From the NCBI GenBank assembly GCA_002269645.1, contig NIVC01000337.1, forward strand, positions 62,001 through 126,000: a stretch of 64,000 bases of DNA, written 5' to 3'. Below, piece after piece: positions 45,301-57,400 of the stretch. The translations under genes and the position numbers were made by a program. The notes below the pieces were generated by a model. It did not search any database. It saw nothing but the letters and a program-made list of their open reading frames with translations, and was not told the origin of the DNA. This DNA comes from Macrostomum lignano. Taxonomy: Eukaryota. Numbering within the stretch: the stretch's first letter is position 1; each line of letters opens with the position of its first letter.

Positions 45301-46976
45301 CGGGTTTGGCGCAATTTCCGGGCGAAGCAATTAGAGCGGCAGCGACTTGAGCAGGAAAGAATCGAGCAGGAACGACTTGAGCAGGAGCGACTTGAGCAGG
45401 AAAGAATCGAGCAGGAACGACTTGAGCAGGAGCGACTTGAGCAGGAAAGAATCGAGCAGGAACGACTTGAGCAGGAGCGACTTGAGCAGGAAAGAATCGA
45501 GCAGGAACGACTTGAGCAGGAGCGACTTGAGCAGGAAAGAATCGAGCAGGAACGACTTGAGCAGGAGCGACTTGAGCAGGAAAGAATCGAGCAGGAACAA
45601 CTTGAGCAGGAGCGACTTGAGCAGGAAAGAATTGTGCAGGAAAGAATTGAGCAGGAAAGAATTGAGCAGGAGCGACTTGAGCAGGAGCGACTTGAGCAGC
45701 AGCGGCTTGAGCAGGAACGGCTTGAGCAGGAGCGACTTGAGCAGGAGCGGCTTGAGCAGGAACGACTTGAGCAGGAGCGACTTGAGCAGCAGCGGCTTGA
45801 GCAGGAACGACTTGAGCAGGAGCGACTTGAGCAGCAGCGGCTTGAGCAGGAACGGCTTGAGCAGGAACGACTTGAGCAGGAACGACTTGAGCAGGAGCGA
45901 CTTGAGCAGCAGCGGCTTGAGCAGGAACGGCTTGAACAGGAACGACTTGAGCAGGAATGGCTTGAGCAGGAGCGACTTGAGCAGGAACGGCTTGAGCAGG
46001 AACGGCTTGAGCAGGAACGGCTTGAGCAGGAACGGCTTGAGCAGGAGCGACTTGAGCAGGAGCGGCTTGAGCAGGAAAGAATTGAGCAGCAGCGGTTTGA
46101 GCAGGAAAGAATTGAGCAGCGGTGGCTTGAGCAGGAAAGAATTGAGCAGCAGCGGTTTGAGCAGGAAAGAATTGAGCAGCGGTGGCTTGAGCAGGAAAGA
46201 ATTGAGCAGCAGCGGTTTGAGCAGGAAAGAATTGAGCAGCGGTGGCTTGAGCAGGAAAGAATTGAGCAGCAGCGGTTTGAGCAGGAAAGAATTGAGCAGC
46301 GGTGGCTTGAGCAGGAACGGCTTGAGCAGGAACGGCTTGAGCAGGAACGGCTTGAGCAGGAACGGCTTGAGCAGGAACGGCTTGAGCAGGAACGGCTTGA
46401 GCAGGAGCGACTTGAGCAGGAGCGGCTTGAGCAGGAAAGAATTGAGCAGCAGCGGTTTGAGCAGGAAAGAATTGAGCAGCGGTGGCTTGAGCAGGAACGG
46501 CTTGAGCAGGAACGGCTTGAGCAGGAACGGCTTGAGCAGGAGCGACTTGAGCAGGAGCGGCTTGAGCAGGAAAGAATTGAGCAGGAGCGGCTGGAACGGC
46601 AGTCACAGGCTGCCAGCCGGATTCAACGGGCTTGGCGCGGCCTCGTTGCCAGGCGGGAGCTGCGGGATCGGCGTACCCGGGCCGCCGTCACTCTGCAGGC
46701 GGCCTTCCGTGGCTGGCGGGTCCGCGCCCGCTGCCAGGTGGCCGCCATGCCACAGCTTCGTCGCCGGATATCCGCCGCCTACGCCGACGCTCGCCGCAAC
46801 CCGGAGCGGCTGCTGCTCGCCCGCGCCCGCTCGGCTCTGCGGTTTGCCCGTCAGCAGCTGCCGGCGCCGGCCGTGGCGCAGCAACTGGCGGACCTGCGGG
46901 CCGGCACCAGCCACTCAGCTAAGCTGTGCGAACTGCTGTGCAGCCAGGTGTGTTCGTTGGTTTCAATGTGTGTGCC

Positions 46977-47029
<53 letters not shown>

Positions 47030-47064
47030 GCCTGTCTGTCTGTCTGTCTGTCTGTCTGCCTGCC

Positions 47065-47105
<41 letters not shown>

Positions 47106-47124
47106 GCCTGTCTGTCTGTCTGCC

Positions 47125-47165
<41 letters not shown>

Positions 47166-47248
47166 GCCTGTCTGTCTGTCTGCCTGTCTGTCTGTCTGCC
47201 TGTCTGTCTGTCTGCCTGTCTGTCTGTCTGCCTGTCTGTCTGTCTGCC

Positions 47249-47289
<41 letters not shown>

Positions 47290-47326
47290 GCCTGTCTGTC
47301 TGTGTGTGCCTGTCTGTCTGTCTGCC

Positions 47327-47367
<41 letters not shown>

Positions 47368-47400
47368 GCCTGTCTGTCTGTCTGTCTGTCTGTGTGTGCC

Positions 47401-47489
<89 letters not shown>

Positions 47490-47492
47490 GCC

Positions 47493-47563
<71 letters not shown>

Positions 47564-48337
47564 GTGTCTGTCTGTGTGTCTGTCTGTCTGTCCGCCTGTC
47601 TCTCTGTCTGTCTCAGTCTATCAATCTACCAAACCCCTCCCGCCATCAACAGTCCGGCGCTGTCGCAGCCCTGTTCTCACTCATGGCAGGCTGCAACCGA
47701 AGTCTACCCCACCAGCACATTGTGCTGCACAGTGTCCAGATCCTGCACAATCTGATCCGGCACTCGGCCACTGCGGCAAGCGTTGCCAGAGAGTGTCCGG
47801 TGAAAGCTGGCGACGTGCTGACCGACGCGCTTGTGTCCGGGGCGGTTGTCCGGCCTTCGCCGCTGCAGCAGGTGAGGCAATATTGGCATCAAGAGCTCAT
47901 GAGCACATTCAAGCGCTACAATTTTTTACACAGGCACGAACTCACACAGGGTGTACAGCAGTCCTGACTGTCTAATCGTCAGGCAGGTGCAATTTCTGTG
48001 CCTTAAGGGTTGGGAAATTCTTGTGAACCCCCGGCCTCCGCTCCCACAGGAACTGGTGAAGGCCAGCGCCTGCCTGCTGGCCTCTCTGGTCTCCAGCGCC
48101 GCAGGCGTCAGCGGCGGATTCGCCCTGTCCCGGCGCGCTGTTGTCCGCCTGCGCGAAACCCGCGACGCGCTGCTGCGCCGGGCGGGCCTGGAGGAGCGGC
48201 GGCTGGTCAGCCAGCTCAAGGCCTCGGGCGCCCTGCTGGTCCGCGTGGAGCCGGACTGGGTGCTGAAGCGGTCAGCCAATCAGCACATGGCCAGCCCCAT
48301 CACTGCGGTCTGCTACCTGTGCGAGCTGTTGCGCTGA
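40623..48337 (+). CDS. ASPM: Abnormal spindle-like microcephaly-associated protein homolog (7 exons: 40623-41915, 42036-42305, 42447-42772, 43257-43690, 44252-46947, 47653-47871, 48050-48337; about 1841 aa)
   Basis: ASH domain ([13 protein letters not shown]); [10 protein letters not shown]|[14 protein letters not shown]; [12 protein letters not shown]; CH domains ([29 protein letters not shown]); IQ motifs; ARM-like C-terminus with EPDW; all GT-AG junctions keep phase. Confidence 0.95.
43713..44060. repeat. 25-bp minisatellite in ASPM intron 4 (GTGAGATTAGATCAGATATCAAGCG)n
   Basis: About 14 diverged units. Confidence 0.88.
45340..46600 (+). repeat. Coding 15-bp repeat encoding ([15 protein letters not shown])n in ASPM exon 5
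   Basis: About 83 units, in frame with IQ motifs on both sides; much of the variation is synonymous. Confidence 0.9.
46976..47615. repeat. (TCTG)n microsatellite in ASPM intron 5
   Basis: Lies between donor 46948 and acceptor 47652; a shorter run is at 42346-42410 in intron 2. Confidence 0.97.
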
Positions 48338-49024
48338 GCTCATTTGCTACCAATGCGAGTGTACTGACAAATCTGTGCTCAAATTCCTGCCTATGTTTGC
48401 TATGAAAATTGATCAGTCATTATTTAGTCAAGGCTCAATTTTACTATTATCAATTTAGTCTCCTATAAGTCTGGAACTTGTGCAGCATTTTCTAATCCTT
48501 TTTTGTATCTTAACGGTGCAATCCTTTATTCACAGGCCTCAATGGTGCTTTTTGTGTCCGGTAAATATTAATTATTTTTATTAGTAACTTTTATATACAT
48601 TTACAATCAGCTGATCGGTTAGGCCGCGTGTTTATTATTATTTAGTATTATTATTATTATACGCTCAGTCATTATTACATTTCACCTATAATGCATCTTG
48701 CTATATAAATACAGCATTGTTGGTGTCCATCTCATGCTGGCCAGCTGGCCTTCATATATAATTTGTGCACTAAAACATCATATTTGCGCTATTATTGCGC
48801 TGTTTAAGGCTTTGCGCTGATTTATTTTTGTCAGCTGACGCTTCACCGCTGAGCCAGGGCATCACCGCTGAGGCCACGCACTATGGGATTTGCTTGCTGC
48901 ATGCACCTGCAGCTGGGCACAGGGTGCGCCTGATCGTGTCGGCCTGTTTTGTACAGAAATTCAAGCCTAGTCTACATGTATTGCAGGAGCAACGCTTTAC
49001 ACCTATTCCTCTCTCCTATTTCAC

Positions 49025-49575
49025 CACCTCTATCCGCCCCTCCCTCTATCGGCCCCTCCCTCTATCCGCCCCTCCCTCTATCCGCCCCTCCCTCTATCCG
49101 CCCCTCCCTCTATCCACCCCTCCCTCTATCCACCCCTCCCTCTATCGGCCCCTCTATCCACCCCTCCCTCTATCCACCCCTCCCTCTATCCTCCCCTCCC
49201 TCTATCCGCCCCTCCCTCTATCCGCCCCTCCCTCTATCTGCCCCTCCCTCTATCCGCCCCTCCCTCTATCGGCCCCTCCCTCTATCCGCCCCTCTATCCA
49301 CCCCTCCCTCTATCCGCCCCTCTATCCACCCCTCCCTCTATCCACCCCTCCCTCTATCCTCCCCTCACTCTATCCGCTGCTCACCTATCCGCCCCCTCTC
49401 TTTCCGTTCACAACTTCTATACGCCCCTGCCTCTATCCGCTCCCTCCCCCTATCCGCCCCTCCCTCTATCCTACCCTCACTCTATCCGCTGCTCACCTAT
49501 CCGCCCCCTCTCTTTCCGTTCTCAACTTCTATACGCCCCTGCCTCTATCCGCTCCCTCCCCCTATCTGCCCCTCT
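49025..49575. repeat. Pyrimidine-rich 10-16-bp repeat (CCCTCCCTCTATCCGC)n
   Basis: Tandem variable units. Confidence 0.9.
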
Positions 49576-49760
49576 TTTTCTAGCTGTATATATTTCTTTC
49601 ACTCAGTTTGAACTTCATTTACAATCTTCGCTTTCTCTTTCATATTTTCTTTATTCCCATTGTCACATCCGTCACACCTTTCTTCCTATTGAAACTGACA
49701 AATCAAGATGTTAGACCAACAAGATCATTTTCCTCGTTTGCGTTGGTGGCCGCTTGTGTG

Positions 49761-50069
49761 TCAGCCGCTGGAATTGCGCGAAGGGCTTTGTACAGCTTGT
49801 ATAAACACAATGCTTGGAAGCTTGGAGGCCCCGATGGCCGCCTTCGCCAGCGGCTGGGCGCAGGAGACGCACGCGGGTGGCGGCGCCTGGCTCTGCGCTT
49901 TGGCGCTGGGCAGCGCAGACTTCTCGGGTCGCAGCTGGCCGCACTCGGCCTCCATGCGGCTGTGCAGCTGCTGCTTCTCGTCCGCTGTCAGCGCCTCGGC
50001 TGTCGGCGCCTGTGTAAGCACCGACACCAGCATGAGCAGCTGGACTACTGTCTGAGCGGCTGCGGGCAT
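49761..50069 (-). CDS. Putative small secreted protein (102 aa if unspliced)
   Basis: gccATG; signal-like MPAAAQTVVQLLMLVSVLTQAPTAEA (A-X-A cleavage site); GC-rich island between two minisatellites; 3' structure uncertain. Confidence 0.5.
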   Translation of the reverse strand: MPAAAQTVVQLLMLVSVLTQAPTAEALTADEKQQLHSRMEAECGQLRPEKSALPSAKAQSQAPPPACVSCAQPLAKAAIGASKLPSIVFIQAVQSPSRNSSG

Positions 50070-50081
50070 GGCTGGGGGTGG

Positions 50082-50455
50082 CGGAGAGAGTGACCCGGTT
50101 TGATGGTGGCTGAGAGAGTGACCCGGATTGATGGTGGTGGAGAGAGTGACCCGGATTGATGGTGGCGGAGAGAGTGACCCGGTTTGATATGGCGGAGTGA
50201 CCCGGTTTGATGGTGGCGGAGTGACCCGGTTTGATAGTGGCGGAGAGAGTGACCCGGATTGGTGGTGGTGGAGAGAGTGACCCGGATTGATGGTGGCTGA
50301 GAGAGTGACCCGGTTTGATGGTGGCAGAGAGAGTGACCTGGTTTGATGGTGGCTGAGAGAGTGACCCGGTTTGATGGTGGCTGAGAGAGTGACCCGGTTT
50401 GATGGTGGCTGAGAGAGTGACCCGGTTTGATGGTGGCTGAGAGAGTGACCCAGTT
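50082..50455. repeat. 28-bp minisatellite (GAGAGTGACCCGGTTTGATGGTGGCTGA)n
   Basis: About 14 units. Confidence 0.92.
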
Positions 50456-50764
50456 TGTATATGGCGGAGAGAGACAAATCAAGGTCAGACAGTCTTTACC
50501 TGTTAGAGTTGAGCTCAATCGGATCGGGGCTAAGATATGCCTGTCTTCCGAGACTGTTTGCTTTTGCTTTTAGATACGCAGAGTCTAAGCTTTCTGCTTT
50601 GCTCCAAGAAATGGGGATCCCGGATCTCGCGCAAGTCCCTTGGGTAAATTTTATACCCAAAAATTTTACGACACGTGGCAAATTAGTTTTTAGAAGATAC
50701 CTAAGGTATTTTTTGCTTAGTTTGATTTCGGGGGAAATGGGGGTGAGTCACTGCGCTGAGCCTC

Positions 50765-50778
50765 GTCACCATGGCAAC
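50765..50778. promoter_or_regulatory. X-box (RFX site) GTCACCATGGCAAC
   Basis: Exact match to GTNRCC-AT-RGYAAC; function unproven. Confidence 0.4.
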
Positions 50779-51461
50779 GCTGACAACAAGCCGAGGAAAA
50801 CACGGCTCAACAAAGCGGAGAAATCCCTGGAGAGACTCGGGACTGAGTGGCTCCAGCAAATTTTTTTAATTAAAATGAAAACAAGCTCTTGGTTATACAT
50901 GATAAATATTTGTCCTAGCTAGTAGATGCAAATGCATTTTAGCGATAAATCCATCAAAACTACTCACACATTCAATTTTGAAAGTAGCTAAATAAGAAGC
51001 TTTAATTAGCATGGTTTTATGACTGCTTTTGTCAAATTTTCAAGATTTTATGACGATGCAAATCAGGCCAAATCAGCCAATCGCTCCTGGAGAAACCAAT
51101 TTGTATTTGGAGAAATTGGCTATTAAGACAAAAGTTCATTAAAGTGTGGAAAGCGAAAATATTATTCATAAAATCAGTTCATAAAACCTTAAAACTTATT
51201 TTATAAGGCAGAGGGGAGTTTAGACCAAGGGTCAGTTTTGAATAAAATATCACAGCAGCAAATTGAATTTCCGTTCTCTTGTGTTGAGAAAACCTGCATT
51301 TTTACAGAGATACAGCTACTAGCAAAAATAGTTTGACAAGCGCATCGAAGCTACTCACATCAGTAGTATTGACGCGTTTGCGGAACAGCAGTAAAATAGT
51401 TTTATAATTGTCTGATACAAATAATTATGGCAAATAAATTAGACAAAATACGCCAAGCTGC

Positions 51462-54400
51462 TCAGGCGGACAGCAGATCCGGCTTCTTCTCCTCTGGTGG
51501 CGGCGGCGCCCTGGCCTCTTCGAGTTCTTTCTTCAGGGCCTCCAGCTGAAAGTTCGAATAGTTTGTGTGAGTACGGTATGGATGTAGCTGATAAGAGTGG
51601 AGTAGACTCGGTGGAGTAGGCTGGGTGGACTGGAGTAGGCTGGGTGGAGTGAAGTAGGCTGGGGGACTGGAGTAGGCTGGGTGGTGTGGAGTAGGCTGGG
51701 TGGACTGGAGTAAGCTGGGTGGAGTGGAGTAGGCTGGGTGGAGTGGAGTAGGCTGGGTGGACTGGAGTAGGCTGGGTGGACTGGAGTAGGCTGGGTGGAG
51801 TGGAGTAGGTTGGGTGGAGTGGACCAGGCCACATTGCGGTTAAGAAAGCATGCAACTCCCAGACTCCACAGCCGCCCACCTTGGCCTCCAGGATGGCCTC
51901 CCGCTCCTTGGCGGCCTGCAGCTCGAGCTGGACTGTCGCCTGCGACTCCTCGGCCTCCGTAGCCCGCAGCTCCGCGTCCCTGAGCTGCGTCTGCAGCTGC
52001 TGCAGGGCGCCCAGCGCTTCGAAGGCGCGCCCAGCGTCGGGCGTCTGCGCGCGCACGCCCGGCTCCATGGCGACGACGTCCTGCGGCGGCGACTCCGGCG
52101 ACTGCGACAGGCTGCGCGAGTGCACGTTGAGGTCCGGGCCGATGGCTTCTACAGTCTCGTCTAGCGGCTGCTCCTGCGGCTGCTCATCTGGCTGCTGTAC
52201 AGACTCTTCTCTGGGTTCCTCAGTTTCCACGGGATCGGCGAATTCAACTTGCTGCGGCGGCTGCTGCGGCTGCTGCGGCTCCAGGCTGGAAAGCGGAGAG
52301 GTGGGTTTATGGCAGTTCTGTGAGGCGGTTTTGGGTAGATTCCCTGGTAGGTTTATGGCAGTTCTGTGAGGCGGTTTTGGGCAGATTTCCTGGTAGGTTT
52401 ATGGCAGTTCTGTGAGGCGGTTTTGGGCAGATTTCCTGGTAGGTTTATGGCAGTTCTGTGAGCCGGTTTTGGGCAGATTTCCTGGTAGGTTTATGGCAGT
52501 TCTGTGAGGCGGTTTTGGGCAGATTTCCTGGTAGGTTTATGGCAGTTCCGTGAGGCGGTTTTGGGCAGATTTCCTGGTAGGTTTATGGCAGTTCTGTGAG
52601 GCGGTTTCGGGTAGATTCCCTGGTAGGTTTATGGCAGTTCTGTGAGGCGGTTTTGGGTAGATTCCCTGGTAGGTTTATGGCAGTTCTGTGAGCCGGTTTT
52701 GGGCAGATTCCCTGGTAGGTTAATGGCAGTTCTGTGAGCCGGTTTTGGGCAGATTCCCTGGTAAGTTTATGGCAGTTCTGTGAGGCGGTTTTGGGTAGAT
52801 TCCCTGGTAGGTTTATGGCAGTTCCGTGAGGCGGTTTTGGGCAGATTTCCTGGTAGGTTTATGGCAGTTCTGTGAGGCGGTTTCGGGTAGATTCCCTGGT
52901 AGGTTTATGGCAGTTCTGTGAGGCGGTTTTGGGTAGATTCCCTGGTAGGTTTATGGCAGTTCTGTGAGCCGGTTTTGGGTAGATTCCCTGGTAAGTTTAT
53001 GGCAGTTCTGTGAGCCGGTTTTGGGTAGATTCCCTGGTAGGTTTATGGCAGTTCTGTGAGCCGGTTTTGGGTAGATTCCCTGGTAGGTTTATGGCAGTTC
53101 TGTGAGCCGGTTTTGGGTAGATTCCCTGGTAGGTTTATGGCAGTTCTGTAGCCTCTGTATTGCAAGGTTTGTTTGGTTGCGGTAACTCTTCCCAATGAAG
53201 TGTTAAAGTTGCCGTTACTATGACAACAAGAATCGCCTCACCCCTCAGTTGCCGGTTCGCTGATCTGCTGACCGTCTGGCCCGATGTCCGAGGCCTCTGG
53301 CTGGCGGCCCTGCAGCGCCAGCAGCGAGTCTTCAATGGCCATTGTGGGCTGTGTCACCTGGCTGCTCTGGGTCGGCTGGCGTGGGTCCCTGGTCAGGTTC
53401 GCCGCCAGCGTGGGGTCTGGGATCATGTGATAGGGGAAGCCCAGGTCCTCCAGGATGCAGGTTGCCGCGTGGCACCAGTCCCGGGCCTCCGTCTGAAAAC
53501 GGTGGAGTAGAGTGGGTTGGAGCAGAGTGGGTTGGAATAGAGTGGGTTGGAGTAGAGTGGGTTGAAATAGAGTGGGTTGGAGTGGAGTGGGTTGGAGTAG
53601 AGTGGGTTGGAGTAGAGTGGGTTGGAATAGAGTGGGTTGGAGCAGAGTGGGTTGGAATAGAGTGGGTTGGAGTAGAGTGGGTTGGAGTAGAGTGGGTTGG
53701 AATAGAGTGGGTTGGAGTAGAGTGGGTTGGAGTAGTGTGTTGGAATAGAGTGGGTTGGAGTAAAGTGGGTTGGAATAGAGTGGGTTGGAGCAGAGTGGGT
53801 TGGAGTAGAGTGGGTTGGAGTAGAGTGGGTTGGAATAGAGTGGGTTGGAGTGGAGTGGGTTGGAGTAGAGTGGGTTGGAGTAGAGTGGGTTGGAGTAGTG
53901 TGTTGGAGTAGTGTGTTGTAGTAGAGTGGGTTGGAGTAGAGTGTGTTGAAATAGAGTGTGTTGGAGTAGAGTGGGTTGGAGTAGAGTGGGTTGGAGTAGA
54001 GTGTGTTGGAGTAGAGTGGGTTGGAATAGAGTGGGTTGGAGTAGAGTGTGTTGGAGTAGAGTGTGTTGGAGTAGAGTGTGTTGGAGTAGAGTGGGTTGGA
54101 ATAGAGTGGGTTGGAGTAGAGTGGGTTGGAGTAGAGTAGAGTGGGTTGGAATAGAGTGGGTTGGAGTAGAGTGGGTTGGAGTAGAGTGAATTAAAGTGGA
54201 GTATGCTGGAGTAGAGTGGGTTGGAGTAGAGTGGGTTGGAGTAGAGTGAATTAAAGTAGAGTGGGTTGGAGTAGAGTGGGTTGGAGTAGAGTGGGTTGGA
54301 GTAGAGTGGGTTGGAGTAGAGTGGGTTGGAGTAGAGTGGGTTGGAGTAGAGTGGGTTGGAGTAGAGTGGGTTGGAGTAGAGTGGGTTGGAGTAGAGTGGG

Positions 54401-57400
54401 TTGGAGTAGAGTGGGTTGGAGTAGAGTGGGTTGGAGTAGTGTGTTGGAGTAGTGTGTTGGAGTGGAGTGTGTTGAAATAGAGTGTGTTGGAGTAGAGTGG
54501 GTTGGAGTAGAGTGGGTTGGAGTAGAGTTGGTTGGAGTAGAGTGTGTTGGAATAGATTGGGTTGGAGTAGAGTAGATTGGAGTAGAGTGAATTAAAGTGG
54601 AGTATGCTGGAGTAGAGTGGGTTGGAGTAGAGTGGGTTGGAGTAGAGTGGGTTGGAGTAGAGTGGGTTGGAGTAGAGTGAATTAAAGTGGAGTATGCTGG
54701 AGTAGAGTGGGTTGGAGTAGAGTGGGTTGGAGTAGAGTGGGTTGGAGTAGAGTGAATTAAAGTGGAGTATGCTGGAGTAGAGTGGGTTGGAGTAGAGTGG
54801 GTTGGAGTAGAGTGGGTTGGAGTAGAGTGAATTAAAGTAGAGTGGGTTGGAGTAGAGTGGGTTGGAGTAGAGTAGAGTGGGTTGGAATAGAGTGGGTTGG
54901 AGTAGAGTGGGTTGGAGTAGAGTGAATTAAAGTAGAGTGGGTTGGAGTAGAGTGGGTTGGAGTAGAGTGGGTTGGAGTAGAGTGTGTTGGAATAGATTGG
55001 GTTGGAGTAGAGTAGATTGGAGTAGAGTGTGAAAGGCATTTGCAGAGGTATACAGTGCACTATTGAGCAGGGTGTGCCCAAGTGTTTGAGCCAATGCCGA
55101 AGGCTGCTTGCATTTGTTTTGCTCAGCAACAGAAAGCGCCGTTAGCAACGCACCCGCAGGCGCTGACAGAGTGAAAAGATAACATATAATAACCAATAAC
55201 ACATCCTGTTCGGCAATGCTCGAACACTGAGCACCTCGAAATTCTCGTGAACTCAAAATTAATATGCGACTTATCCATAGCCGATAAATGAACAGTGATT
55301 TAAATGGCTTTTTGTGCACTAATGATGAAGTAATTTGGTGACGCAGACATTGTGTTAATACAGTATTGATCAAACCTTCCTTGTGATAAGCTTTGCCGTT
55401 ACAGTTCAGTAGTCTGCAAAGAGAAGGACACAAAAGCATAGAAGCAGGATAGGTGTGCAACACAAGCAGTTCACGGGAGCCTGTCTGAAGCGCCAGAACC
55501 CGGCAGGTGATAAATGCAGTTCTAGGAAAATCGCAAAAATCTCTGACCTTTGCTCCTTTTGGCCGAGAGCTGCTTTAGAAACAGTGAAATCATTTGAAGG
55601 TTTTACCGCAAGAAATGAAAATTTCCATCTTTTATATGCAGCAAAAAACTCGATTTTAAGTCATGGGTCGGCGAACTTTTTAAAACTAAGATATACTCGT
55701 AGAGGGGTCGCCATCATAAACCCGAAAAATCACAACTCCGAAAGCACTTCCCATCATAAACCCGAAATATCACAAACCTGAAATATCATAACTCCGAAAA
55801 ACAAAATAGCAACGCCCATCATAACCCCGAAAAATCATAACTCTGAAATTAATAGCAACGCCCATCATAAACCCGAAATATCACAACTCCGAAAAATCAC
55901 AACTCCGAAAACCAAACTAGTGTTGGACATTGCTAGAAATTTCGGAGTTATGATATTTCGGGTTTATGATGGGCAATGCTATTTTTGTTTTCGGAGATAT
56001 GATATTTCGGGTTTGTGATTTTTCGGGTTTATGATGCCCCCCACCTCGTAGAACATAGCACATGGCTGTGGACCAGAGGAGAAGAGAGGAGCGTTGGGAG
56101 GAGGAGAGAGAGAGGAAAGAGGGAGATGAGAGAGAAGGGAAAGGGAGAGAGGAGAAGGAAAAGGGAGAGAGGAGAGAGAAATATAAAAGGGGAGGGGAGA
56201 GTAAAGAGAGAGGAAGGGAAAGAGAAGAGGGGAGAGGAAAAAGGGGAGAGAGGAGAGGAGAGAGGAGAGGAGAGAGGAGAAGAGAGAGGAGAGAGGAGAG
56301 GAGAGAGGAAGGGAAAGAGGAGAGGGGAGAGAGGAGAGAAGAGAAAAGGGGAGAGAGGAGAGAGGAGGGGAGAGAGGAGAGAGAAGGGAAGAGAGGAGAG
56401 AGGAGAGAGGAGAGGGGAGAGAGGAGAGAAAAGAGAAGGGGAGAGAGGAGAGAAAAGGGGAGAGAGGAGAGAAGAGAGGAGAGAGGAGGGGAGAGAGGAG
56501 AGGATCGAGAGAGCTGAGAAGAGACACAAACCTTGATCGGGCCGGATCGCTATTGTGAAGTTCAAAAGACCCGAGGGCCGGATTGCTATTGTGAAGTTCA
56601 AAAGACCCGAGGGCCGGATCGCTATTGTGAAGTTCAAAAGACCCGAGGGCCGGATTGCTATTGTGAAGTTCAAAAGACCCGAGGGCCGGATCGAGAGGCT
56701 TCGTGGGCCGCGTGTGGCCCGAGTTTGCCGAGCCATGACTTAAGTAATCGCCAGGCACAGAACAGAAATCGAATTTAAGGGGTGCATAAAAACAGTTCAG
56801 GAAAACTGAAACTCAAGGCGAATTGGAGTCTGCTAATTAAAACAAAAGTCTACAAAGTTCACGCAAGATCTATGCTATTGAGAGTAACATCTGAAGTCTT
56901 TCAGGCTGATTAATTTTTACCGGAATTTTGCTGCCCACAGATTGCAGCTTCTTAATCCGTTCCTCATCCTGCTGAGGCTGAGGTTCGTCAAGGGGTTTCG
57001 ATATGTAGTTTGAATGCTTTATGGCCTGGGGCTGGGGCCGTAGCCCAGTGGTCTAGCGCGGCGCTCTCGTGTGCAAATTGGAATCTCGGCTTGGGTCTGC
57101 TAGCGTAATTAACGCCTTTAATGGCCAAACCCCAAAGTACATGCCTAACGATAAATAAAGTTAGGGCCGCTGTACGCTCCTGTATCCGAGCGCTTGTGCG
57201 CCTGCTCAAAGAAGTCGACGGAATGGGAAGTGATGTCTCTCGCCGGTTGCGTGTTGATGTCGATTAAAGTGCACCAGGTTGCACATAGCCCCCCCCCCGC
57301 GGCTAATAAAAAAATGGCGCCTCATGCAAAAATCTATTAGGATGGCTCAGTGGAGAATGCATTTAGGGTTAAGCAATAACTGACATGCCTGACGATTAGA

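Noticed and set aside
46948-47967. Extension of the ASPM ORF through SVCL repeats to 47967
   Set aside because: The (TCTG)n run lies between a good donor (46948) and acceptor (47652) with matching phase; it is intron.
56535-56695. 36-bp repeats, and other 31-46-bp arrays, as CRISPR arrays
   Set aside because: Units are head-to-tail with no unique spacers, there are no cas genes, and the context is a spliced eukaryotic gene.
56900-56970. Possible extra AXDND1 exon (QDEERIKKLQ...)
   Set aside because: Flanking exons already join in phase (IRLK|TEARDW) and match my recollection of the homolog's continuity; splice signals are weak.
57031-57100. tRNA- or SINE-like start GGGGCCGTAGCCCAGTGGTCTAG
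   Set aside because: A-box-like only; no B-box or closing acceptor stem; it also resembles a DNA-transposon terminus seen near 19690-19702.
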